From NCBI RefSeq assembly GCF_035084215.1, contig NC_090340.1:5518001-5582000 (forward strand): a stretch of DNA of 64,000 bases, read 5' to 3'. Below, piece after piece: positions 1-11,084 of the stretch. Source of the DNA: Heptranchias perlo. Taxonomy: Eukaryota. Below the pieces are notes generated by a model, which had not been told where the DNA came from, did no database searches, and saw only the letters and a list, made by a program, of their open reading frames with translations. A program made the translations under genes and the position numbers. Within the stretch, counting starts at the first letter, position 1, and every line of letters begins with the position of its first letter.

Positions 1-1
1 T

Positions 2-2560
2 AAATCTTTTCTGCACTCTTTCTAGTTTAATAATATCCTTTCTATAATAGGGTGCCCAGAACTGTACACAGTACTCCAAGTGTGGCCTCAGCAATGCCCT
101 GTACAACTTCAACAAGACATCCCAACTCCTGCATTCAATGTTCTGACCAATGAAACCAAGCATGCTGAATGCCTTCTTCACCACCCTATCCACCTGTGAC
201 TCCACTTTCAAGGAGCGATGAATCTGTACTCCGAGATCTCTTTGTTCTATAACTCTCCCCAACGCCCTACCATTAACGGAGTAGGTCCTGGCCCGATTTG
301 ATCTACCAAAATGCATCACCTCACATTTATCTAAATTAAACTCCATCTGCCATTCATCGGCCCACTGGCCCAATTTATCAAGATCCCGTTGCAATCCTAG
401 ATAACCTTCTTCACTGTCCACAATGCCACCAATCTTGGTATCATCTGCAAACTTACTAACCATGCCTCCTAAATTCTCATCCAAATCATTAATATAAATA
501 ACAAATAACAGCGGACCCAGCACCGATCCCTGAGGCACACCGCTGGACACAGGCATCCAGTTTGAAAAACAACCCTCGACAACTACCCTCTGTCTTCTGT
601 CGTCAAGCCAATTTTGTATCCAATTGGCTACCTCACCTTGGATCCCATGAGATTTAACCTTATGTAACAACCTACCATGCGGTACCTTGTCAAATGCTTT
701 GCTGAAGTCCATGTAGACCACGTCTACTGCACAGCCCTCATCTATCTTCTTGGTTACCCCTTCAAAAAACTCAATCAAATTCGTGAGACATGATTTTCCT
801 CTCACAAAACCATGCTGACTGTTCCTAATTAGTCCCTGCCTCTCCAAATGCCTGTAGATTCTGTCCCTCAGAATACCCTCTAACAACTTACCCACTACAG
901 ATGTCAGGCTCACTGGTCTGTAGTTCCCAGGCTTTTCCCTGCCGCCCTTCTTAAACAAAGGCACAACATTTGCTACCCTCCAATCTTCAGGCACCTCACC
1001 TGTAGCGGTGGATGATTCAAATATCTCTGCGAGGGGACCCGCAATTTCCTCCCTAACCTCCCATAACGTCCTGGGATACATTTCATCAGGTCCCGGAGAT
1101 TTATCTACCTTGATGCGCGTTAAGACTTCCAGCACCTCCCTCTCTGTAATATGTACACTCCTCAAGACATCACTATTTATTTCCCCAAGTTCCCTAACAT
1201 CCATGCCTTTCTCAACCGTAAATACCGATGTGAAATATTCATTCAGGATCTCACCCATCTCTTGTGGTTCCGCACATAGATGACCTTGTTGATCCTTAAG
1301 AGGCCCTACTCTCTCCCTAGTTACCCTTTTGCACTTTATGTATTTGTAGAAGCTCTTTGGATTCACCTTTGCCTGATCTGCCAAAGCAATCTCATATCCC
1401 CTTTTTGCCCTCCTGATTTCTCTCTTAACTCTACTCCGGCAATCTCTATACTCTTCAAGGGATCCACTTGATCCCAGCTGCCTATGCATGTCATATGCCT
1501 CCTTCTTATTTTTGACTAGTGCCTCAATCTCCCGAGTCATCCAAGGTTCCCTACTTCTACCAGCCTTGCCCTTCACTTTATAAGGAATGTGCTTACCCTG
1601 AACCCTGGTTAACACACTTTTGAAAGCCTCCCACTTACCAGACGTCCCTTTGCCTGCCAACAGACTCTCCCAATCAACTTCTGAAAGTTCCTGTCTAATA
1701 CCATCAAAATTGGCCTTTCCCCAATTTAGAATTTTAACTTTTGGGCCAGACCTATCCTTCTCCATAGCTATCTTAAAACCAATGGAATTATGATCACTGG
1801 TCCCAAAGTGATCCCTCACTAACACTTCTGTCACCTGCCCTTCCTTATTTCCCAAGAGGAGGTCAAGTTTTGCCCCCTCTCTAGTCGGGCCATCCACATA
1901 CTGAATGAGAAATTCCTCCTGAATACACTCAACAAATTTCTCTCCATCCAAGCCCCTAATGCTATGGCTGTCCCAGTCAATGTTGGGAAAGTTAAAGTCC
2001 CCTACTATTACCACCCTATTTTTCTTGCAGCTGTCTGTAATCTCCTTACATAACTGCTCCTCAATTTCCCGTTGACTATTTGGGGGTCTGTAGTACAATC
2101 CTATCAAAGTGATCTCTCCCTTCTTATTTTTCAGTTCTACCCATATGGACTCAGTGGGCGAACCCTCGGATATATCCCCTCTCACTACTGCCGTGATGTT
2201 CTCCCTAATCAAGAACGCAACTCCCCCTCCTCTCTTACCTCCTGCTCTATCTTTCCTATAGCATCTGTACCCTGGAACATTGAGCTGCCAGTCCTGCCCC
2301 TCCCTTAGCCATGTTTCAGTAATAGCTATAACATCCCAGTCCCATGTACCCATCCATGCCCTGAGTTCATCTGCCTTGCCCATCAGACTTCTTGCATTGA
2401 AATAAATGCAGTTTAATCTAGACTTCCCTTGGTCTTTGCCCTGCTTTCTCAGACCATCTGTCCGGTCATGTTCTGTACACTCTCCCTTACTGCCTTTTGT
2501 TTCTGTCACCACTTTATTTCCCACTGACTTCCTGCATCGGTTCCCATCCCCCTGCCACAT
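2..2560 (-). CDS. CR1-type LINE ORF2 (APE endonuclease + reverse transcriptase), runs off the window edge
   Basis: Hand translation from ATG at 2560: MWQGDGNRC...RLNCIYFNARSL...DVIAITETWLR (APE motifs). KFADDT near 451 is in the same frame. No minus-strand ORF is listed in 1-2560, consistent with no stop before the window edge (not every codon was checked by hand). Confidence 0.85.
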   Translation of the reverse strand, partial: MWQGDGNRCRKSVGNKVVTETKGSKGECTEHDRTDGLRKQGKDQGKSRLNCIYFNARSLMGKADELRAWMGTWDWDVIAITETWLREGQDWQLNVPGYRCYRKDRAGGKRGGGVAFLIRENITAVVRGDISEGSPTESIWVELKNKKGEITLIGLYYRPPNSQREIEEQLCKEITDSCKKNRVVIVGDFNFPNIDWDSHSIRGLDGEKFVECIQEEFLIQYVDGPTREGAKLDLLLGNKEGQVTEVLVRDHFGTSDHNSIGFKIAMEKDRSGPKVKILNWGKANFDGIRQELSEVDWESLLAGKGTSGKWEAFKSVLTRVQGKHIPYKVKGKAGRSREPWMTREIEALVKNKKEAYDMHRQLGSSGSLEEYRDCRSRVKREIRRAKRGYEIALADQAKVNPKSFYKYIKCKRVTRERVGPLKDQQGHLCAEPQEMGEILNEYFTSVFTVEKGMDVRELGEINSDVLRSVHITEREVLEVLTRIKVDKSPGPDEMYPRTLWEVREEIAGPLAEIFESSTATGEVPEDWRVANVVPLFKKGGREKPGNYRPVSLTSVVGKLLEGILRDRIYRHLERQGLIRNSQHGFVRGKSCLTNLIEFFEGVTKKIDEGCAVDVVYMDFSKAFDKVPHGRLLHKVKSHGIQGEVANWIQNWLDDRRQRVVVEGCFSNWMPVSSGVPQGSVLGPLLFVIYINDLDENLGGMVSKFADDTKIGGIVDSEEGYLGLQRDLDKLGQWADEWQMEFNLDKCEVMHFGRSNRARTYSVNGRALGRVIEQRDLGVQIHRSLKVESQVDRVVKKAFSMLGFIGQNIECRSWDVLLKLYRALLRPHLEYCVQFWAPYYRKDIIKLERVQKRF

Positions 2561-3507
2561 TAGTTTAAACCCTCCCCAACAGCACTGGCAAACACTCCCC
2601 CGAGGACATTGGTTCCAGTCCTGCCCAGATGCAGACCGTCCAATTTGTACTGGTCCCACCTCCCCCAGAACCGGTTCCAATGGCCCAGGAATTTGAATCC
2701 CTCCAGCTTGCACCATCTCTCAAGCCACGTATTCATCTTAGCTATCCTGTCATTCCTACTCTGACTAACCCGTGGCACTGGTAGCAATCCTGAGATTACT
2801 ACCTTTGAGGTCCTACTCTTTAGTTTAACTCCTAACTCCCTAAATTCAGCTTGTAGGACCTCATCCTGTTTTTTACCTATATCGTTGGTGCCTATATGCA
2901 CCACGACAACTGGCTGTTCACCCTCCCCCTCCAGAATGTCCTGCAGCCGCTCCGAGACATCCTTGACCCTTGCACCAGGGAGGCAACATACCATCCTGGA
3001 GTCTCGGTTGCGTCCGCAGAAACGCCTGTCTATTCCCCTTACAATCGAGTCCCCTATCACTATAGCTCTGCCACTCTTTTTCCTGCCCTCCTGTGCAGCA
3101 GAGCCAGCCACGGTGCCATGAACCTGGCCACTGCCACCTTCCCCTGGTGAGCCATCTCCGCCAACAGTATCCAAAACGGTATACCTGTTTTGGAGGGAGA
3201 TGACCGCAGGGGACCCCTGCACTGCCTTCCTACTCTTCCTCTGTCTGTTGGTCACCCATTCACTATCTCCCTCAGTAATTTTTAACTGCGGTGTGACCAA
3301 CTCACTGAACGTGCTATCCACGACTTTCTCAGCATCGCGGATGCTCCAAAGTGTGTCCATCCGCAGCTCCAGAGCCGTCAAGCGGTCAAACAATAGCTGC
3401 AGCTGGACACACTTCCCGCAGGTGAAGGAATCAGGGATACAGGAAGGAGCCCTGAATTCCCACATCCCACAAGAGGAACATGACACGGCGCTGGGATCTC
3501 CTGCCAT
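2560..3507 (-). CDS. CR1-type LINE ORF1 (N-terminal Cys motif, coiled coil, SGNH/GDSL esterase domain)
   Basis: 315-aa ORF with CSSC...CGKC, VIGDSIVR, LPGARVKD, VHIGTND and DGLHL, the esterase blocks typical of CR1/L2 ORF1p. Confidence 0.93.
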   Translation of the reverse strand: MAGDPSAVSCSSCGMWEFRAPSCIPDSFTCGKCVQLQLLFDRLTALELRMDTLWSIRDAEKVVDSTFSELVTPQLKITEGDSEWVTNRQRKSRKAVQGSPAVISLQNRYTVLDTVGGDGSPGEGGSGQVHGTVAGSAAQEGRKKSGRAIVIGDSIVRGIDRRFCGRNRDSRMVCCLPGARVKDVSERLQDILEGEGEQPVVVVHIGTNDIGKKQDEVLQAEFRELGVKLKSRTSKVVISGLLPVPRVSQSRNDRIAKMNTWLERWCKLEGFKFLGHWNRFWGRWDQYKLDGLHLGRTGTNVLGGVFASAVGEGLN

Positions 3508-3825
3508 GACTTAACCCTTAAATTAGCTTAAGAACAACTACAATGTCAAGAGAAAAAAAAAGGAAAGAAAAACTACTTACCACTCCCTTTAAGGAGTTTA
3601 CTCCTTTAAATTGTTCTCAATTTAGAGAATGTTAACTACACTAGGGACCTTGATTCACTAAAAAATAAACGCTACTTCCTATAAGACCTGCAGACCTTCC
3701 CTTTCCTTTTACTTCAGTTACTGCAGATAAGGAGAAATACTCACCTGAACCTACTCACCAATCAGGTGCCTCCCCTGTGTCGCGTCCCGATCTGATTCCT
3801 GACGTCACTTCGAACTCGGTCGCAG

Positions 3826-4090
3826 CTCCGCTCGGCTCCTCTCAGCTGTTCTCAGCGCTCTGAAATCCCGCCTTTTATCGGACGCTCCCTCCGCTCGGCT
3901 CGGCTCCTCTCAGCTGTTCTCAGCGCTCTGAAATCCCGCCTTTTATCGGACGCTCCCTCCGCTCGGCTCGGCTCCTCTCAGCGCTCTGAAATCCCGCCTT
4001 TTATCGGACGCTCCCTCCGCTCGGCTCGGCTCCTCTCAGCTGTTCTCAGCGCTCTGAAATCCCGCCTTTTATCGGACGCTCCCTCCGCTC
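3826..4090 (-). repeat. Four tandem 68-bp CpG-rich monomers at the LINE 5' end
   Basis: tgaaatccc recurs at 3861, 3929, 3987 and 4055 (spacing 68, 58, 68); the third unit lacks ctgttctcag. Confidence 0.95.
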
Positions 4091-4609
4091 AACTAAAAAC
4101 AATACTTACAACAAAGTCTTGCGGGTTTAGTTGAGGGATTCAAACGCGTCACAATTCGAAGCTAGGCATATAGACTGATCAGACCTTATCGAATCCAAAA
4201 ACTCATTACAAACGCCAAATTTGATACATTTCTATAACTCCATCCACGTGAAAATCACCTCAATTGTACATTACGTAATAAAACTCCATATACGGAGCAT
4301 TTTAATGACCTAGTCCCGCATCAATAATTTACATTTTAATAAGTTATTTTACCGCAGACAAGTACAATTCTCCTACTTTGCTATATTATCGATAGTCTCA
4401 CTCTTGTTACATATAATTGCTATTCTACCAAGTGAAACTTTTAATTATAAGCATGTCTTTGATTCAATACCATTTCATATCGGTTTTCCTGCACTTTTAT
4501 CAACTGAAGAAAGTGCTCTGCAGGTTGCACTGGCATGTATTTTAATTAGTTTTACTGAAGTGACTAAACTGATGATTGCGCTAAGGTTAGCCCTGTCTAA
4601 ATAGCCAGA

Positions 4610-7600
4610 AGGGCACGTTAACATAGTGGTTATGTTACTGGACTAGTAATTCGGAAGCCAGGACTAATCAGTCTGGTCAGTCGATGAGTTCAAATCCCAC
4701 CACAGCAGCTGGGGAATTTAAATTCAAATAATTAGATACAATCTGGAATAAAAATCTAATATCAGTAATTGTGGCCATGAAACTATCGGATTGTCGTAAA
4801 AACCCATCTCGTTTACTAATGACCCTTTAGGAAAGGAAACCGTCCTTACCTCGGTCTGGTCTCTATGTGATTCCACACCCACAGCAATGATTCTTAGTCG
4901 TCCTCATAAATGGCCTAACAAGTAATTCAGTTGTACAATCTCGCCACAGAAAATCACCAGAAGAATTAAAACCAGATGGGCCACCCAGCATCGCACTAAG
5001 CATCGGACACGACAAAGGCAAACCAAGCCTAGTCGACACTGCAACGTCCTCCTTCACGAACATCTGAGGACTTGTGCCAAAATTGGAAGAGCTGTCCCAC
5101 AGACTAGTCAAGCAGTAGCTTGACAAAGTCATACTCACGGAATTATACCTTTCAGCCAATGTCCCAGACTCTTACATCACCATCCCTGGGTATGTCCTGT
5201 CCCAACAGCAGGACAGACCACACGTGGCCGGTACAGTGCTGCACAGTCAGGAGGGAGTGGCCCTGGGAGTCCTCAACATTGATGCTGGACCCCATGAAAT
5301 CTCATGGCAATAGGTCAAACATGGTCAAGGAAATCTCCTGCTGATTACCACTTACCGCCATCCCTTAGCTAAGGAATCAGTCCTCCTCCATGTTGAGAAG
5401 CACTGAGGGTAACAAGGGCACAGAATATATTCTGGTTAGGGGACTTCAATGTCCATCACGAAGAGTGGCTCCGTAGAACTACTACTGACCGAACTGGCAC
5501 GAGTCCTGAAGGATACAGCTGCGAGACTGGGCCTGCGGCAGTTGGTGAGTGAACCAACACGAGGGAAAAGCCTACTTGAGCTCCTCACCAATCTACCTGA
5601 CGCAGATGCATCTGTCCATGTCAGTATTGGTAAGAGTGACCACCACACAGTCCTCGTGGAGAGAAGTACCGTCTTGACACTGAGGACACCTTCCATCGTG
5701 TTGTGTGACACTACCACTGTATTAAATGGGATAGATTCAGACCAGAGGTAGAAGCTCAAAGCTGGGCATCCATGAGGCGCTGTGGCCTGCCAGCAGCCGC
5801 ATAATTGTATTCCAGCACAATATGTAACATCATGGTCTGGCATATTCCACACTCTACCATTACCAACAGGTCAGGGTATCAACCCTTGTTCAATGAGGAG
5901 TTGAAGAAGAGCATGCCAGGAGCAGCACCAGGCGTAACTAAAAGTGAGGTGCCAACCTGGTGAAGCTACAACACGGGACTACATGCATGCTTAGAAGCGG
6001 AAGCAACATGCTATAGACAGAGCTAAACGTTTCCATAACCAACGGATCAGATCAAAGCTCTGCAGTCCTGCCAAATCCAGTTGTGAATGGCGGTGGAAAA
6101 TTAAACAACTAACGGGAGGAGGAGGCTCTGTGAACATGACCATCCTCAATAATGGCAGAGTCCAGCAGGTGCGTGCAGAAGACAAGGCTGGATCGTTTTC
6201 AACAATCTTCAGTCAGAAGTGCCGAGTGGATGATCCATGACGGCCTCCTCCCGTTATCCCCATCATAACAGAAGCCACTCTTCAGCCAATTTCGATTCAT
6301 TCCACGTGATATCAAAGGACGGCTGAGTGCACTGGATACAACAAAGTCTGTGGGTCCCGATAACATCCAGGCTGTAGTGCTGAAGTCTTGTGCTCCAGAA
6401 TTAGCCGCGCTTCGAGCCAAACTGTTTCAGTACAGCTACAACACTGGCATGTACCAGACAATGTTGAAAATTGCCCAGATATATCTGTCCACAAAACGGA
6501 GGACAAATCATATCTGGGCAATGACCACCCCATCAGTCTACGCTCAATCATCAGCAAAGTGATGGAAGGTGTCGTCGACAGTGCTATCAAGTGGCATCAG
6601 TTTGCGTTCCGCCAGGACCACTCGGCTTCAGACCTCATTACTGCCTTGGTCCAAACATGGACAAAAGAGCTGAATTCCAGAGATGAGGTGAGAGTAACTG
6701 CCCTTGACATCAAGGCAACATTTGACCAAGTGTGGCCTAGTAAAATTGAAGTCAATGGGAATCAGGGGCGAAACTCTTCAGTGGCTGGTGTCATACCTAG
6801 CACAAAGGGAGATGGTAGTGGTTATTGGACACCAATCATCTCAGCCCCAGGATATTGCTGCACGGTTTGCTCAAGGCAGTGTCCTTGGTGCAACCGTCTT
6901 CTGCTGCTTCATCAATCACGTTCCCTTCATCATAAGGTCAGAAATGTGGATGGTCGCTGATGATAAGGAGAGATAAATTCGAGTACGATAGAAAGCTAGC
7001 TAGAAATATAAAAACAGATAGTAAGAGTTTCTACACGTATTCAAAAATGAAAAGAATATGTAAAGTGAACGTTGGTCCTCTAGAGAATGATTCTGGGGAA
7101 TTAATAATGGAGAATAAGGAAATGACGGTTGAATTGAAAGGATATTTTGTGTCCGTCTTCACTGTCGAGGTTACAAATAACATGCCAGAAATAATTGTGC
7201 ATCAAGAGTTGAAAGGGAGGGAGGAACTTAAAACATTTACAATCACCAGGGAAATGGTTTTGAAAAAAATATTACTACTAAAAGCTGACAAGTCCCCAGC
7301 TCCTGACGGACTTCATCTTAGGTTTCTTAAAAGAAGTGGCTGCAGAGACAATAGATGTTTTGGTATTAATTTTCCAACATTCTTTTGATTCTGGAAGGGT
7401 CCTTTTCGATTGGAAAATATCGAATGTAACGCCACTGTTCAAGAAAGGAGGGAGATGGATAGCCGGAAACTACAGGCCGTTTAGCTTGACTTCTGTCATA
7501 GGGGAAATGCTAGAATCTATTATTATCAGGTTATAAAGATCACTTAGAAAATGTCAATGCAATCAGGCATTGTGAAAGGGAAATCGTGTTTGACTAATTG

Positions 7601-9712
7601 ATTAGAGTTCTTTGAGGAAGTAACATGCAACGTGGAAAAGGGGGATCCTGTGGATGTGGTGTACTTGGATTTCCAAAGGCTTTTGACAAGGTGCCACATC
7701 AAAGGCTACTACACAAAATAAGCGCTCACGGTGCAGGGGGTAACATATTAGCACGGATAAAGGATTGGTTAGCTAACAGGAAACATAGAGTAGGCATAAA
7801 TGTGTCACTTTCAGGTTGGCAAAATGAAACGAATGGAGTGCCACAGGGATGAGTGCTTGGGCCTCAACGATTTACAATCTATGTCAATGACTTGGATGTA
7901 GGGACCGAATGAATGGTTGCTAAATTTGCAGATGACACAACGATAGATAGGAAAGTTAGTTGTGAAGAGGACATAAGGAATCTGCAAAGGGATATAGATA
8001 GGTTAAATGAGTGGGCAAAAAAATGGAAGATGGAATCTAATGTAGGAAAATGTGCACTTGTCCACTTTGGCAGGATGAATAGGAAAGCAGGATATTATTT
8101 AAATGGAGAGAGCATGCAGAACTCTGAGGTACAGAGGGATCTGCGTCTCCTAGTACAAGGATCACAAAAGTTAGTACGCAAGTAGAGCAAGTGATTAGGA
8201 AGGCAAGTGAAATGTTGTCATTTATTTCAAGGGGAAAAGTACATAAAACTAGAAATATTTTGCCACAGATATACAGGCCATTGGTGAGACCACATCTATA
8301 ATAATGTGTGCAGTTTTCGTCTCCTTATTTAAGAAAGGACATAATTACTTTGGAGGCGGTTCAGAGAAGGTTCACTCGAATGATGCCTGGGATGAGGGGG
8401 GTATCCTACAAGGAAAGGTTGGGCAGGTTGGGCCTGTATAAACTGGAGTATTGAAGAATGATAGTCGATCTTATTGAAACATATAAGATCCTGAGTGGAG
8501 GAGAAGGGGTAGATGCTGAGGGAATGTTTCCCCTTGTGGGAGAGACTAGAACGAGGGGCCACAGTCTAAAAATAATGGGTCTCCCATTTAAGACGGAGAT
8601 GAGGAGATTTTTTTTTCTCTCTCACAGGGTCGTGAATCTATGGAACTCCCTTGAACAGACAATGGTGGAGGCAGGGTCGTTGAATATGTTTAAGGCTGCG
8701 TTAGATAGATTCCTGATTAACAAGGGAGTCAACGTTTATCGTAGTGAGTCGGGAAAGTAGGGCTGAGTCACATTAAGATCAGCCATGAACTTATCAAATA
8801 TCAGAGCAGGTTCGAGTGGCCGAATGGCCGAATCCTGCTCTTAATTCGTACGTTCGTATGTTCGTACGTTCATTCCCGTTCGCAACCCCTCAGATGATGA
8901 AGCAGTCCATGCCCGCATGTAGCAAGACCTGGATAACATCCAGGCTTGGGCTGATAAGTGGCAAGTAACTTTCGCGCCAGGCAAGTGCCAGGCAATGACC
9001 ATCCCCAACAAGAGAGAGTCTAACCACCTTTACTTGACATTCAACGGCATTACCATCGCCGAATCCCACACCATCAACATCCTGGGGATCGCCATTGACC
9101 ACAAAATTAACTGGACCAATCACATAATATTGCAGCTACAAAGCCTATGTATTCTGCGGCGAGTGACTCACCTCCTGACTCCCCAAAGGCTTTCCACCCC
9201 ATCTGCAAGGCACAAGTCAGGAGTGTGGTGAATGTCTATCCACTTGCCTGGATGAGTGCAGCTCCAACAACATTCAAGAAGTTCGACACTATCCAGGACA
9301 AAGCAGCCCACTTGATTGGAACCCCAGTCACCACCCTAAACATTAACTATTTTAACCACCGGAGCACCTTGGCGACAGTGTTTGCCATCGACAGGATGCA
9401 CTGCAGCAACTCGCCAAGACTTCTTCGACAGCACATCTCAAACCCGCGACCTCAAGTGACAAGGGCAGGAAGCACATGGGAACAACAGCACCTGCACGTT
9501 CCCCTTCAAGTCACACACCATCCCGTTACTTCATCATCGCTGGGTCAATACCCTGGAACTCCCTACCTAACAGCACTGTGGGACAACCTTCACCATACGG
9601 ACTGCAGCGGTTCAAGAAGGCAGCTCACCACCACCTACTCAAGAGCAATTAGGGATGGGCAATAAATGCAGGCCATGCCAGCGACGCCCACATCCCATGA
9701 ACGAATAACAAA
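4610..9712 (+). mobile_element. Degenerate CR1-group LINE (family B: tRNA-like head + EN-RT, no ORF1), split by a nested CR1
   Basis: Head with B-box-like GAGTTCAAATCC (4686-4697). EN from about 5040 (GDFNVHH), RT fragments (VTALDIKATFD, VADD at 6953-6964). Resumes at about 8868 and ends in the family tail gggcaataaatg...cccacatcccatgaacgaat. Confidence 0.85.
6965..8868 (+). mobile_element. 5'-truncated CR1 (family A) nested in the family B LINE
   Basis: RT fragments (NYRPFSLTS, KFADDT) and an 8-mer tail (gttcgtat/gttcgtac). Host sequence is continuous across the insertion apart from a few lost bases. Confidence 0.88.
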
Positions 9713-10582
9713 ACTAGCCCTTTGGCAATTTCAATTAACTTGCATTTCCCTGCTTAACAGAAAAATATCAGATTTTTAAATTAATACAATATGAAAATAA
9801 ATCAGTAGAAATATGACATCAGCAGATTCCAGGACAGTCCGATTAAGTCTTTCCTTACTGCTGTGGACCTAAAATCGCTAGTTGGATGGGTGGATTTTTT
9901 TTTTCAGTCCAGACCGAAAGCACAGGATGCTTTGTTGGCTCCCACGTGGTGCGTAAGGGATATTTTGGAATGGCTCGAAATGATTATGGATTATAAGGAG
10001 AACAGACTGTAATCGTGGTCCATGAGTAAACCAAAGATCGAGGAAAGGAAAGTGAAGAATTATTGCAGGGTTTTGGAGATTAAGACGCATGCATCGCAGC
10101 AACACTTGTGCGATATTGTAAAACGAGTGATAGCGAGTCGACAGCCTGCTGTACTTGTCTCCCGATTTATATTTCCAACGGAATCAGAGTGGTAATCTTT
10201 ATATTACTTTCCCACTCAGATACTTGATTTGTGAAGGGAAAGGAGATAAGTGACCTCTACTCGTGGCTAAAAGCGGGGTATCAGGAAGAGGATTTACATT
10301 TTATGCGGCATTGCTACTAGTTCTGAAAAGTTGGGAGCTATTCCACAATGGGCTCCGCATGAACAGGAAGATTGCTAGTATACTTGCAACATTAAGTTAA
10401 TAGCGGGAAGTTAAGACTCGTTGAAACTAGGAAGGAAATGTGGAAGCGGATATGAAGGAATTCGGAAAGAGAAAGAGGAAACGACGGAAATAGATGCGCT
10501 CAGTTACAAATAACAATAATTTTGCAGAGCAATAAGCGAGTATGGGATGAAAATCGTATCAGTTATAAGCAACCGAAATGAC

Positions 10583-10995
10583 GGGTAGAGCAGCATAGTG
10601 GTCATGTTACTGGATTAGTACTCCAGAAGCCTGGACTAATAATCCGTGAGACATGAGTTCAAATCCCGCTGCAGCAGTTGGGGAATTTAAATTCAGTTAA
10701 TCAATCTGGAATAGAAAAGCTAATTTCCGTAATGTTGACCATGCAACTACCGGATTGTTGTTGAAAACCCGCCTCGTTCACTAATGTCCTTTAGTGAAGA
10801 AAACCTGCCGTCCTAACCTGGCCTATAATGGACTCCAGACCCACAGCAAGGTGATTGATTCTTCACTGCCCTCTGAAATGGTTTAGCAAGCCACTCAGTT
10901 TTCAAGAAGTTGGCTCACCACCAGCACCTCAAGGGCAATGAGGGATGAGCAATAAATGCTAGCCTTGCTAGTGACGCCCTCAAGATGAATAAAAC
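10583..10995 (+). mobile_element. tRNA-headed SINE-like element sharing both the 5' head and the 3' tail of family B
   Basis: AGCATAGTGG A-box-like and GAGTTCAAATCC B-box-like motifs; about 320 bp similar to 4610-4930, joined at about 10900 to the family B tail (ttcaagaag...ctcaagggcaat...caataaatgc). Confidence 0.85.
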
Positions 10996-11084
10996 AAACA
11001 ATGGAAATAAGGAAACAAAGTAATACAGCGATAGCTTGGACAGCAGAATAAAATGGCAATCAATAGCATTAAATGCAAAATCCT

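Larger units (their letters stand above)
1..4090 (-). mobile_element. Young, 5'-complete CR1-type LINE (family A)
   Basis: 5' tandem monomers, 5' UTR, intact ORF1 and open ORF2; the 3' end lies outside the window. Confidence 0.92.

Noticed and set aside
1008-3514. Plus-strand ORFs over the first LINE, and similar shadow ORFs across the window
   Set aside because: Antisense or off-frame shadows of LINE coding sequence.
3826-4090. CRISPR-like array
   Set aside because: Head-to-tail identical units without unique spacers, in a eukaryotic LINE 5' end.
4314-4604. Hydrophobic frame FSYFAILSIVSLLLHIIAILP as a TM exon of the upstream gene
   Set aside because: The nearest good acceptor (4357) gives phase 2, there is no convincing donor, and AT-rich DNA yields such peptides by chance.
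4610-4710. tRNA gene
   Set aside because: A/B-box-like motifs only, no cloverleaf; it is a retroelement head.
9761-10010. Possible decayed exon after tttccctgcttaacag
   Set aside because: Early stops and no Ig or other recognisable motif.
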